Shown here piece by piece: positions 38,000-48,831 of a stretch of 64,000 nt of DNA (the first letter of the stretch is position 1; the number at the start of each line of letters is the position of its first letter). Source of the DNA: Ministeria vibrans ATCC 50519 (lineage: Eukaryota; Protista; Filasterea); NCBI GenBank assembly GCA_943704425.1, contig CALSCP010002411.1, positions 1 to 64,000 on the forward strand. The letters are read 5' to 3'. Below the pieces are notes generated by a model, which searched no databases, had not been told where the DNA came from, and saw only the letters and a list, made by a program, of their open reading frames with translations. The position numbers were made by a program, and so were the translations under genes.

Positions 38000-38923
38000 C
38001 TATGCATCTGGTTTGGTTCCGGTCAGAGCAAAGAGAGGCCAGTGGCCGCGCACTTCCGTCTCGGCGGTGGTGTTCGGCCCGAGTGCTTGTGCAATATCCT
38101 CGGCAACCTTCTCGAGTGGGTCGGGTGTGTTGGGTTGGGCCTCGCGCAGGGTTTGGTAGGCCGACCACGACCGGAGATAGCCGATGAGTCCCTCAACAGT
38201 GAACGTCTGCAAACCAAAGCAACAATTAGTATTACTATGGACTGTTGTGTGCGCGATTGTCGTTTCGCAGTACCTTGTCAATAGTCGACTCGTAGCGTGC
38301 TGCGTCTGGATAGGGCACTTGGTCGAGTTTGGTGTACATGCTATCGATGTGGTGGCGCGCGGCCGCCCAGTGGCCCTTGAGCGTTTCGCTGTAGAAGTGA
38401 TGCACAATGCGTTGGACGCGCTCGTCATCCATCACGACATTGCCGTAGCCCACGACTGCGACAGCGCCCTTGGGCTTCAATACACGATCACACATGGCAT
38501 AGAATTTGGGCATGTCGAGCCAATGGGCCGCCTGAGCACAGGTGATGAGATCGCAGGAGCCGTCGGCGATCTCGCTGGGAAGTTCATCGACGCTTCCCAC
38601 GTGAAATGCAATGTCTAAGCACGATCATGTTTGAAAAAGCCAAAAATATAATAATAATAATAATAATAATAATAGTGAAGGCTACTGGGGTGTTTGGAGA
38701 GGGCAGCGTCTATTTGCGCCTGGCTCACGTCGACACCGATCATGGTGGAAAAGTGCGACGAGAGCGATTTCGTCAGTTGGCCCGACCCACAGCCCATGTC
38801 CATGGCCGCTGAGCGACCCGAACATAACGAGACCAGGTGTGCCACCAGTGATTCGGGGTAGGTAGGGCGGAACCGCGCGTACTCGGCGGCGTGACCGGCT
38901 TTGGCAAAGAGAGTCTTGAACAT
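38000..38923 (-). CDS. Class I SAM-dependent methyltransferase (Crg1/Tmt1-like)
   Basis: YARFRPTYP, MDMGCGSGQ (motif I), GVDVSQAQI, DLITCAQAAHW, LKPKG, GYLRSWSAY; three exons. Confidence 0.92.
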
Positions 38924-39136
38924 GAATGAATAGTAGTGATCACAATCTAAATTCTTAATTCTTATTACAAAGTCTGCAAACCATTTTATAAGGACGGTAC
39001 CAAGTACCAACTCAGTCAAGAAACGCAATCATAATATATATATATATTAAGTCATTATTGAATTATCATTGAAATACTTATAGTACACGAAGAGCAGAGC
39101 GGCCTTTCCTCCCTCTGATCACTTTCTTGAGTTTCT

Positions 39137-39649
39137 TTAGTCGAGCTCGTCTGAGCGTCCAAACTTGAAGAGTAGCGTCGAAAGAAAGATGCACAGGTTT
39201 TGCAAAAAGAGGGAAACGCCCGGCCAGAGCGGTCTACAAAACGTTGTGTATGTTAGTTAACATGGCTCGAGACACACGTCGTAATGAGTGACTGTGTGTG
39301 CTGTGTGTTTGTTTACCTTGGCACAGCAGCATGTTTGTTCCACGCAATGTACTCGGCAGCCATAACCCAAATACTGGATATGAGACCGCCAAAGAGAAGT
39401 CCAAAGCTCAAGAAGAAGACGACACGGGCGCCACAGGGCCCAAGACACCCGTCGGACGATTCAAAGAGAAATCGATTGGAGAACAAGTTCACCATGAATA
39501 GCGCAATCGTCGAACACACGCCGCACACCCAGTAGGCACCGTTGCTGAACTTCGTGTCAGCAACATTGGAGTCGATCACGAACCACCAGCCGAGCGCAAA
39601 CTACACAAAGTTCAAATTTTCTATCGTCACACACATTGACCCACACACA

Positions 39650-39692
<43 letters not shown>

Positions 39693-39915
39693 GTGTGCAC
39701 TCGATCTAATAGAAACACATGACATAGCCAGCATACCAAGGCCCCAGAGAGAAGAGACATGATGGCGTTGCGTTGTTCTCCAAGATTTTCTAGACAGAGA
39801 ATCACTCAATTCGAACTTGTTGTTCGTCTCAAAATTTCTTACCCATAAAATTTCTCCAACAGCCACAACACCTGCACCCACAGTTGCACTTAACATCGTC
39901 ACAGAGACCCGACAT
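39137..39915 (-). CDS. TMEM50: TMEM50/Vps68 family four-TM protein
   Basis: EQRNAIMSLLSGAL|FALGWWFVID...CGVCSTIALFMVN...GCLGPCGAR...SIWV...WPGVSLFLQNLCIFLSTLLFKFGR. Confidence 0.92.
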
Positions 39916-39996
39916 GGTACAAATTACAAAATGAATTGATAATAAGAAAATAATTTTAATATTATTATTAATAGAGAATCGAGAGCAGTGAGGATC

Positions 39997-40064
39997 GGTA
40001 AGGTTCGCACAAACCTTACTTGGTAAGGTAAGGTTCGATCTTACCAAACCTTACCAAACCTTAC
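39997..40064. promoter_or_regulatory. Cluster of direct and inverted GGTAAGG(TT)/(AA)CCTTAC(C) motifs upstream of TMEM50
   Basis: Seven full or partial copies within 68 bp, in both orientations, 80-150 bp upstream of the ATG. Confidence 0.45.
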
Positions 40065-40170
40065 TACTTCTTTTTGTGTCAAAAATTACGATTTCTCTCT
40101 CTGTAGTTCGAGAGCTATTGTGTGAGTTGAGTGGGGTGATCAGTAAGTAACGATAAATTTGCTCTTCTCT

Positions 40171-40521
40171 TTATACAAAGAGCTGTCCTTTGACAACAAG
40201 TGCAGTCTCAGCGTGGATTTTCACTCGCTGTCTCTCCTCATCAACAATCTAATGAAGCAAGACACAGAAGTTTTAGGGCACAAAGAGTGACGAATACGTT
40301 CGTACTACAGTCAAGTTTCCGCCTCTTTTTGAGCACTGACGGGCTGTCATTTGCGTTTTATCGAGTCTGCAACAAAACATAATGAGAACAGACAGATAAG
40401 TAATAGAATTTAACAGAAATTATAAAATGTCAATAATAATTAAGGACGTAGAAAAAAATACAACAATAATCATAATAAATGCACCACAAAGACACATATA
40501 CACATGTATTCACTCAAACAC

Positions 40522-40552
<31 letters not shown>

Positions 40553-41528
40553 TACGTGTACATACAAACATAGTGGAAAAAGAAACCAAACTGGTTCAAC
40601 ACACCTCTCTCGTGAAAATTACCGTGAGCGCCAGTAGTGGGCGAGCACCGAGTGCGCACTGCCCGTGACGGGGTCTTCGGGAATGCCGTTCCACGGACTG
40701 AAGTAGCGCGAGACAAAGTCAGGTCCGTCGAGCCCACCCGAGGCAGTGACAATGACTCCGCGCACAACAGAGCCATCGGAGACGGCAAGGAGTCGCGCAC
40801 AGTCTGGCTGGACACGCAGGAGGGTCGAGAGCACGCCACCACTGCCACTCGCAGCAGCCTCGTCCAGGTGCAACACAAGCTTCTTGGTGCCTGCAGAGTA
40901 TTCAACCGAGCCAATGGCAATTGCACCGACAGTTGCTTGAATCACCGACTCGATCATTTCGTCGCGTGCTGTAACACAAGAAAGGACTTTCATCTTCACG
41001 ATTTCCTGAGCTGGATCGGGTCGTACCCATAGGCGTGCATGGATTCAACGGAAGTTCAATGCACACGCTGGTCAACCCGACACGCCAGGCCTTGAGCGTG
41101 CCACTGAGCGTGTCGAACGAGAGCTCATCCGATGTGTTTCCGGCGTGGAAAAACAACGTCGCCGCTGCCGCAATTGTCGCATGGCCACACAGATTGACTT
41201 CACACGTGGGCGTAAGCCAGCGTAACTTGAAGTGCGAAGAGGCGGTGAACGAGTCCGAAGCACTGCGCAACGAGATGAATGCTATACAAAAAGCATCCAG
41301 CGAGACTCAGTGCACCTCAAACCAACTCATCCACTCACCCGTCTCCGACAAGTTCATTTCCGCCGCAATTTTCTGCAGCAATGAGTCTTCCAAAGGCTGC
41401 TCGAGGAGCACGACGGCAGCAGGGTTGCCACTGAAGGGCGCATCGGCAAAGGCATCGACCTGCCGCATCGCTGATCAGTCTACTCACTTGCAATGTCTTT
41501 TTGTTACTTGAAATAGAGGCAACGACAT
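40171..41528 (-). CDS. PBLD: PhzF/PBLD phenazine-biosynthesis-like epimerase
   Basis: VDAFADAPFSGNPAAV, EMNLSET|AF, RWLTPTCEVNLCGHAT, RYFSPWNGIPEDPVTGSAH, RQCSKRGG; five exons. Confidence 0.95.
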
Positions 41529-41918
41529 GGTAGCAAAGCGACACGGCGCAGGCGGACACCCGTACACACACACTCTCTTAAAAGATAGAAATGAAAAGTA
41601 GCTTTTCTATTTATTTTTTAGACGTGAACTCCAAGCATCAGAATTTCGCAGTGAATGAAGACAGTGTGAAGAGAGCGATGAGCGAACGGCCCACCGTAAT
41701 CAGTCGTCACTCGTCAGCCGAAAACCCATCAAGACAGTCTGGCCCGGCTATGAGAGCGGGTGGATCGACGTGAGATTGTCTGATTCTCTCGACTCGACGG
41801 GGGGAAGGTCCCAGTCAAAATGATTAATTCTTATCACCTACTTACCCACTTAAACTATTCTTTCATTTCTTTGTTAGTCTTTTCCCTCTCGAACTTCTGG
41901 ACCGCTCCCTCTATCGCC

Positions 41919-42362
41919 ATGATCATGATCTGCCCCTTGAGGCTTGTCCTCATTGCGCTGGCGTGTATGGCAAGCATTGCGGCGCTCTTCTTTGCACTCC
42001 CACCGCACGTCCGCGACAGTCTCTGGCATTACGCGTGGCCCTTTGGTCGACGCATTCCGTCGAGCTCTTCATCATGTGCTACCAACGACACCCTCCAACA
42101 GCAGAGTCACGCGAAAAAGGTTCCGACTTTTCTTTATTAACTTTTATTGTTTCGCTCTTTTCATATGTCTCTCCTTCAGAAGCAAGCGTTTGCTGATGCC
42201 AATGGCGAATCCCAAGAAGCACGCGATGAGGCAACTGTAACGCGTGCCACGCGCGTCCTTCAGCTCGCCGTGGTGGCACTTCTCGTCTTCTTTCACTTTG
42301 AACTCTTTTCCAATGGAATGCTCTGTCGCGCGACCCGTGAGGCGCTTCTTCACCTCCTGTAG
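41919..42362 (+). CDS. Small two-TM protein of the (M)CPLR family
   Basis: MIMICPLRLVLIALAC N-terminal TM; intron about 42120-42179; second TM ending FHFELFSNGMLC. Confidence 0.6.
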
Positions 42363-42456
42363 AGTAGTGTTCCCATCCTCCTTTGTATTCCTGCTGTAAA
42401 TATTCTTTCATGCAACATAAATCATCCCAATTCATACACTAAATGATTATGATTTT

Positions 42457-45420
42457 TTACTCGACATCAAGAATAATCGACTGTGCAAGAGCATCGGTCG
42501 GTGCGGACGACGCTGCTGTAGCAGTGTCCATGCTTTCCGTGACCGCATTGTCAAAGGAAGACGACGGCGGGGGTCGTCCAAAGGCGGCAGTCTTGCCGCG
42601 CACAGCAGGCGAGACGGCAGGTGACGAGGTCGAGGACGCTGCACGACTCATTCGCGCCGCCAGTTCCTCCATTGTCGAACGGGACTGTCGACTGGCGGCA
42701 CGAGGCCCGTAGCGAATGAGGTCCGCCGAGATTTTGACGTCACATTCGGTTTGTTCAATGACCACGTAGTCATCGGCATCACTGTCGGCGACCGACGCCT
42801 CGCGCGGCTCGTCCACTACGGCCGGCCCTGCTGCCTCATCCACGACGCCACCCGTCGATTCACTCTCGGTCGGAGCAGCAGTAGCAGCAGTCACAGCATC
42901 GTCTGTGACTGCTGTCGACGATGCGGCGAGCGAGAGTTCCTTGGCGGCGCGCGCGAGTTTGACGGCCTCGGCAAAGACGTGAATGGGCGTCTCGTCGGCG
43001 ACATTGCGACGGTGTTCGCTGGCACCATTGGACAAAAGGGTACGCATCACCGAGACATTGGCGCGACGCGCCGCGATGTGCATGGGCGTGTCGCCGGCCA
43101 TGTTCTCCAGCTCAAGGTCGGCATTGGCTGCAATGAGTTGCGACAGCACATCGCGGTCGTTGCGCTCGACGGCGACGTGCACCGCTGAGTTGCCCGAGGC
43201 GGCATCTGTCGCATTGGGATCGGCGCCAAAGTGCACAAGGGAGTGCAAAATGCCAGCATTGCCCACACTGGCGGCGGCCAGGACGGGCGTGTGGCCCGTG
43301 TAGTTGCGCATCGCCAGCAGGTAGGGCAGCTCGGGTCCGGTGCGCTCGAGAACGGACAGCATGCAGCGCACAATGGCATCACTGCCGTGTGCATGAGCAC
43401 ACGCCAGATGCAACGCCGTCTCGCCCTTGCGCGTCCGCAGCGACAGCAGTGCACCCGCCTCCACCAGGCGCTCGACCATATCGCGTCGTTGCAGGCGTGC
43501 CGCCATATGCAGTGCCGTCTCACCACGATCGTTTTGCACGCGGAGCGCATCGGCGTCGGCGACGCGCAAGAGCTTCTCGAGTACGCCAACCTGACCGTGC
43601 TCGACGGCATAGTGCAAGGGGGTCTCGCCGTCCTCCTCGTCGGGCATGCCCAGTAGTTGCTGTTGCAGGGCCAGCACATAGCATAAGTCACCTGTCGCCG
43701 CGTACAGTTGCATGGCCTTGAGGAAGTCTTCGCCTGCAATCGATGGCCCACTGGCAAACTCCATGAAACCACCAGTGCTCCCACCACCTCCCGTCGAGTT
43801 GTTACCACGCCCACCCAAACGTGTACTCCTCCGACTGCCACCACTCTTGCCATCGTCGCCACTGCCACTGGGCCCACCGCCACCACTGCTGCTGCTACCA
43901 CCGCTGCCACTGCCACTGTCACCACCGCCAAAAAAGTTGTTGCTGAAGCGAGAACGATCACTGTCGATGCGACGCTTCTTGGAATTGGCCTGCATTTGGT
44001 CGTGAACTGCGTCCGACGGCGAGTACACAAACTCGACGGGTTTGCTCTCAAGCTGATCCTCGTAGTCGACCACCTGCATGACGACGGCGTGGTCGGTGGT
44101 AATAGACGTGTCGTAGTAGGGTGGCATCGAGACGGCAATGGCAAACTGATGATGGTGGTAGTGGCGTGCCAGAGGCAACACAATCGCACCACCATCTGCC
44201 GTGTGTGTCCAGCGGTTCGAGTCATGGTGCACCTCGGGATCCCAACGGACGCCCTTGTCGGCGAGGAAGACACGCGACGACGACTTGCGCGTCTTGGATG
44301 TGAGCAAGATGATGTCAAAGTTGCCAGTGCTCGGACCGCTCGGGTGCGACACTCGCATAATGTCGAGCTTGCTGTTGAAGATGGGGCCGGTCACAACGGT
44401 CGAGTGACACACCGTGCCGTCTTCAAGCTGAAAGTTCATCGTGAACAGTAAGCGCGCCGAGCGCTGGTCTTCCTTGCGAACTTGGGTGCGGGGCGCAGCC
44501 TTTTCAATAATCACCGTCAGCGTCGAAAAGGTCGCCGAGGCACTCGCAGCGTCCACGGGCACGGTGAGCTCGCCTTGCAACACATGGCAGTGAGGAATGT
44601 AGTTTCCGTGCGCGTCCGGGTTGCGACACACAAGGGAGACGTGAATGGGCGTGCCAGGCGGTACCATCCCGCGGTAAGCGGCATTCACCGACACCTGCGG
44701 GTATGTCCCGGGCACCTTGGCCTCCAGGGGCTTCTCGCGACCTTCGCTGCGGTAGCGGAAGCGCGCAAACTCAGACGGCTCCACTGTAATCTGAAGCAGG
44801 TCGGGAATGAACCCCCCAGTTGGCGGTAACGGCTGGAAACAGAATAATGAAAAAAGACAATAACAAAAATATTAAGTCATTTTGAAAAAAAAAAGATAAA
44901 AGTCGAAGGAATGAAAGAAGTAGTAAGACTCGGGCAGAGGGCACTTGACAAGGGGAAAAACAAAAGGAAAACGACTTACAGCATAGTCTTGGTCGACAGG
45001 CTCGACGAGAAGAGCCGACGAGGAGGCAGGAGAGAGGGCGACGGTCGACGGGGAATTCCCAATGGTCATGGGGACCTGACTGGCGTCGGCGACGGACAGT
45101 TGTTCTGCGGGCAGCATGGCGGACAGGTCCACAGAGGGGTACGAGGCGTCGCCTTGGGAGAGTACTTGAGGCAATGTCTTGTTCTGAAAAAAGTCGTCAA
45201 AGACATCCAAACGAACGTCGTCGTCGCCGTCGCCCTCCAGACTTGCCAGGACCTCCATGAAGGAGCCCTGCTTGCGCGGCATGCCCTGTTTCGAGTGGGC
45301 GTCGGCAGCGGCGTGCATCTCCGGCGGCGCGGGCGAACTTCCCGGCGACGCGGGGACGATCCCGGCGGGCGAGGTCGCCTCGAGAAACACCGCCATGGCG
45401 TCGTAGCCAGACGATTCCAT
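42457..45420 (-). CDS. NFKB: NF-kappaB, p105/p100-type (acidic N-terminus, RHD, NLS, glycine-rich region, about 6-7 ankyrin repeats), about 938 aa
   Basis: Exon 1 (45420-44980) joins exon 2 (44832-42457) in phase 0. LQITVEPSEFARFRYRSEG; TYPQV; PHCHVL; IPT domain LDIMRVS..SGP...IILLT, HHQFAI, ESKPVEFVY; NLS KKRR; Gly/Ser-rich region; YAATGD helix; ANK repeats GETPLH, GETALH x2, GHTPVL, GNSAVH, GDTPMH. Confidence 0.93.
45051..45060. promoter_or_regulatory. Perfect palindromic kB site GGGAATTCCC inside NF-kB exon 1
   Basis: Exact match to the consensus GGGRNWYYCC; function untested. Confidence 0.35.
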
Positions 45421-45750
45421 GCTGTTTCAATACGTCAAGCAGAGGGTAGTAGTAATAAAAAAAGAGAGTGGTTGGGTCACTTGGGCTGTTGGCGCTGGGG
45501 CTGTTGGGGTTGGCGGTTAAGCGAGCGAGAGAGACAAAAAAAAAAGTAAATTTGGTAAAAAGTAAAAACTAAAATATGGTGTATTTCATAAGCTCATGCC
45601 GCCTCATGTCTTGCTACCCCAGAACACAAGTATCATTATTCATTATTCATTGAACACTCATCATCGTTTGATCATTGATCTTTGTTATGGTCAAGAAAGA
45701 ACTTCAACAGTTCAACACTTCAACTCAATAATATTACGTATCTTGATACT

Positions 45751-48653
45751 ATGGGATATACAACACTTCGCGACGAGACACTTCCGCGTCTCCGGCGCAC
45801 TCTGGACGCGCTCATTGCACACACAGAAGACACCAAGGCGCGCACCATCGCCGCAAGTCAGTATGTGCAATCCCACAAGCCCCATGCCGCCGAAATGTAC
45901 CACCCCGAGTACCAAAAGGTAGTCTGCCTCTCTCTCTCTTTCTCTCGCGTGCCCCCTAACTCATCGTTTTGTCTTTTTTTTTTTTTGTTCATATAATAAT
46001 GTTACTATTAATTATTTTAGTCTCTGGCCGAACTGACTCGCTATGAAAACCGCCTAACCGTCCACCTTGATGCTCTTGTCGCCATCAACGACAGACTGTT
46101 GACCGACGAAAACTTTGTCCAGGGTTTCGAGAAGGTGGCGTCGCTGGACACGCTCATGGGCAAAAGCAAAGGATCGTCTACGGAAAAAGTAACAAAACAT
46201 TGTGTCTTGAAGACGCAAGATGCCTTGCTGATGCTTCGTTTTGCTGTTCTTTCGTCGCAGGCTGCTATCAAAGAGGCAATGCAACGTGCCGAGAGCATCT
46301 CGAACGACATTGGCGCCCTCTTGGGCGATCTGGAGTTTGTGATTGAGTCGACGTCGTTTCTCGACGACGACCTCAGCAAGTGTTCGTTGCATGTCCGCAT
46401 TGGCAAGGAGGAGGCAACCATGTCACTGCCGGACGCCTTTCCACACCCGTCTAAAGAGACGCTCTCGGCCGCACTCGACGTCGAAGCAGTCGGTGGCCCT
46501 CAAAACCCGCCGCAGTACATCGACTGGAAGCACGACGACGACACCAACATCCGATTCAAACTGGTTCGCCCACGAAGCTTCCTCACGGTCACCACCGACA
46601 CCTTTTTGCGTGCTCAAGTCGACATTGTGCCGTTGTTGTGTTCGGCGGCCGTTCACTTTACCTTCCAACTCGAGAAGCAGAGTCGCGCCTCACTCACAGT
46701 CCGTGTGCGCCGCACCCCGTTCCCCGGCGAATCTCAGCCTTCTACACCGCTCGATTGTGCGCAACCTTTTCCCTCCATTGCCCTTGATTGCTCCCTTGAA
46801 AACGCCGCCGTAACACCCACCATCACGCGCAAAGCCTCGAGCACCGGTGCGTCCGCGCGCGCCGCTCATGCGCGCACTTCAACGCCCCACGACACCAGCT
46901 CCTCCTCCCTCGCCTCCACCGCTACCGCCATAGTCACCACCACGCACACTCCCTACCAGGACCCCGAAGTGTACGACCTGTCGGTGGAGGACGCCCTGCG
47001 CCTCGCAAAGCGCATCATTACAGGTGTCTTTGCCCATCGCAACACCATTCCCGAACTCGAGGCTCACCGCACCCTCTACGCCGCACTTCTCGAGCACTTC
47101 CAGCGCCGTGCTAGCCAGCGTGCGCTTCTCATTCAACGCGGCGCGTCTCTCGAAACCGACCAAGACCAGTGTCGCACCGAGGAGGTGGCGCGTCAGCATC
47201 TCGAGTACGTGCGCCAGGTCTTCGACAAGTTTGACGGCTACTCGTACCGTCGTCGTGGCACCGGCAAATACACCCGTCTGCTCCGTCAGCTCGACGAGCA
47301 GTCGTCTGTACTCCGCGTCCTTCTTGACGAGCTTCAATTTGCCGACTCGGAGCGAACGGCGCAAGGTGTGTCCTAAGCAGAGAGGTAGTTACATTTTTCT
47401 AATGACTGTCGTTTTTTTTTTCTTTCCATAGGAGCAACTACCGTTCAGAAAAAGGTCACTGAACGCTTTTCAGCGCGACGGGTCATCAAGAACGAAAGTC
47501 TTCAAGCATTTTGGGTCTCACAGTTTGGCGATGAGGTATGTTAAGCCCCACAGACAAACACATGCGCACTAAAGTTTCTTCTACTTCTTTTCTCTCTCTC
47601 TTCTCTCTCTTTCTCTGCTCTGTCCGGCTAGCAACGTTTCGTGTCTTATGGGACGTTTCTGGCGGCTCTTCGTGCACAATTTTTGCCGTGGCTGATGGGA
47701 CCCAGCGGTGGGTGCAATGGTTCGCAGTCTCTTGCCAGTCGTGTCCTTCAGGCGTACATTACGCGTTTCCAGGTACCAAGTTGGAATACAATAATTCTGA
47801 CTCACATGGATTGCATTGTATAACCCCCCCCATCTGTAGGAGTCGGGTGAGAGTGCTGATGATGGCGGAACACACGACCGAATGACGGTGTACCAGTTGG
47901 CGGTCAAGGGCAACGAAGATCCTAGCATGAACCAAGTGCTCAGTTCCTTTGCTCAGCAGCGTAATACCATTGAACATCTTTTTTGGCATCTTTGCTCACA
48001 TTTTGACTCATTTTTATTAGTGTCATCGTTGGACGATGTGCTCATGGGCCAACGAAGCGATGACGGATCTAGTGCAGGGTCGAGTGGCGGTGCGCCGGGG
48101 TCACGCTCAAGCACACTGACGTCGCGCACGGGCGAGCCACTGAGCGAACCTGAGATGCTGCGCGTGCGACACACTGTGCCCACTCTAGTGATGCTTCTCA
48201 AGGACGACGACCCGGACATTCGCTCCATGGCGTCGGTGGCACTGGGTCGCGTGGGCGGCGAGGAGGCCGTCGGAGCCCTGCTGGACATGCTTGAAGACCC
48301 CGATCGATTGGTGCGCGAGGCGGCGCTCCTTGCCCTCGCCCGGCTCAAGTTCGCGCCGGCCGTGCCTCAGATCATGTACATGTACCGCACTGATATCATC
48401 CGTGACGTTCGCCAGGCAGCAACCGTGGCCCTCGTTGGCATTGGCGGCGCCGAAGCCGAACGGGTAGACGATCCCACTGCTTGTGAGAATGTGTGTCTTT
48501 TCGTCTGCTGAAACTGTCGTTGTCTTTTTTGTTACCTTTTTATATTAGGCGCTTCGACGATTTGGAGTGATTGCTACTGAGCTGCAGAGTATTTGTTCAG
48601 CGTTGGGGGCAGAACAGCGCGAGACACTCGCTTCGCTGGGGATTAAGCTCTGA
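45751..48653 (+). CDS. RIPOR/FAM65-like protein (coiled-coil/HR1-like region, C2-like region, helical region, C-terminal HEAT repeats)
   Basis: YQK|SLAELTRYENRLTVHLDAL; IGALLGDLEFVI...; LTVRVRRTPF; C-terminal HEAT repeats LVMLLKDDDPDIRSMASVALGRVG, LEDPDRLVREAA, DVRQAATVAL; about 6 exons. Confidence 0.55.
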
Positions 48654-48831
48654 GCGAACATCACTTTTCACCACTTCATAACAACAATAAGTATGAGTGG
48701 TCATGACGTTGTATTTTAGTGCATCCATTTTAAAATTTCGTCGGTAAATGTGTACATTCTTAACAAAAGATTGTGCACCACTTTTTCCTTGCGGTGGCAC
48801 CAGAGTTGTATTAAAAGTTTTCATATTAAGA

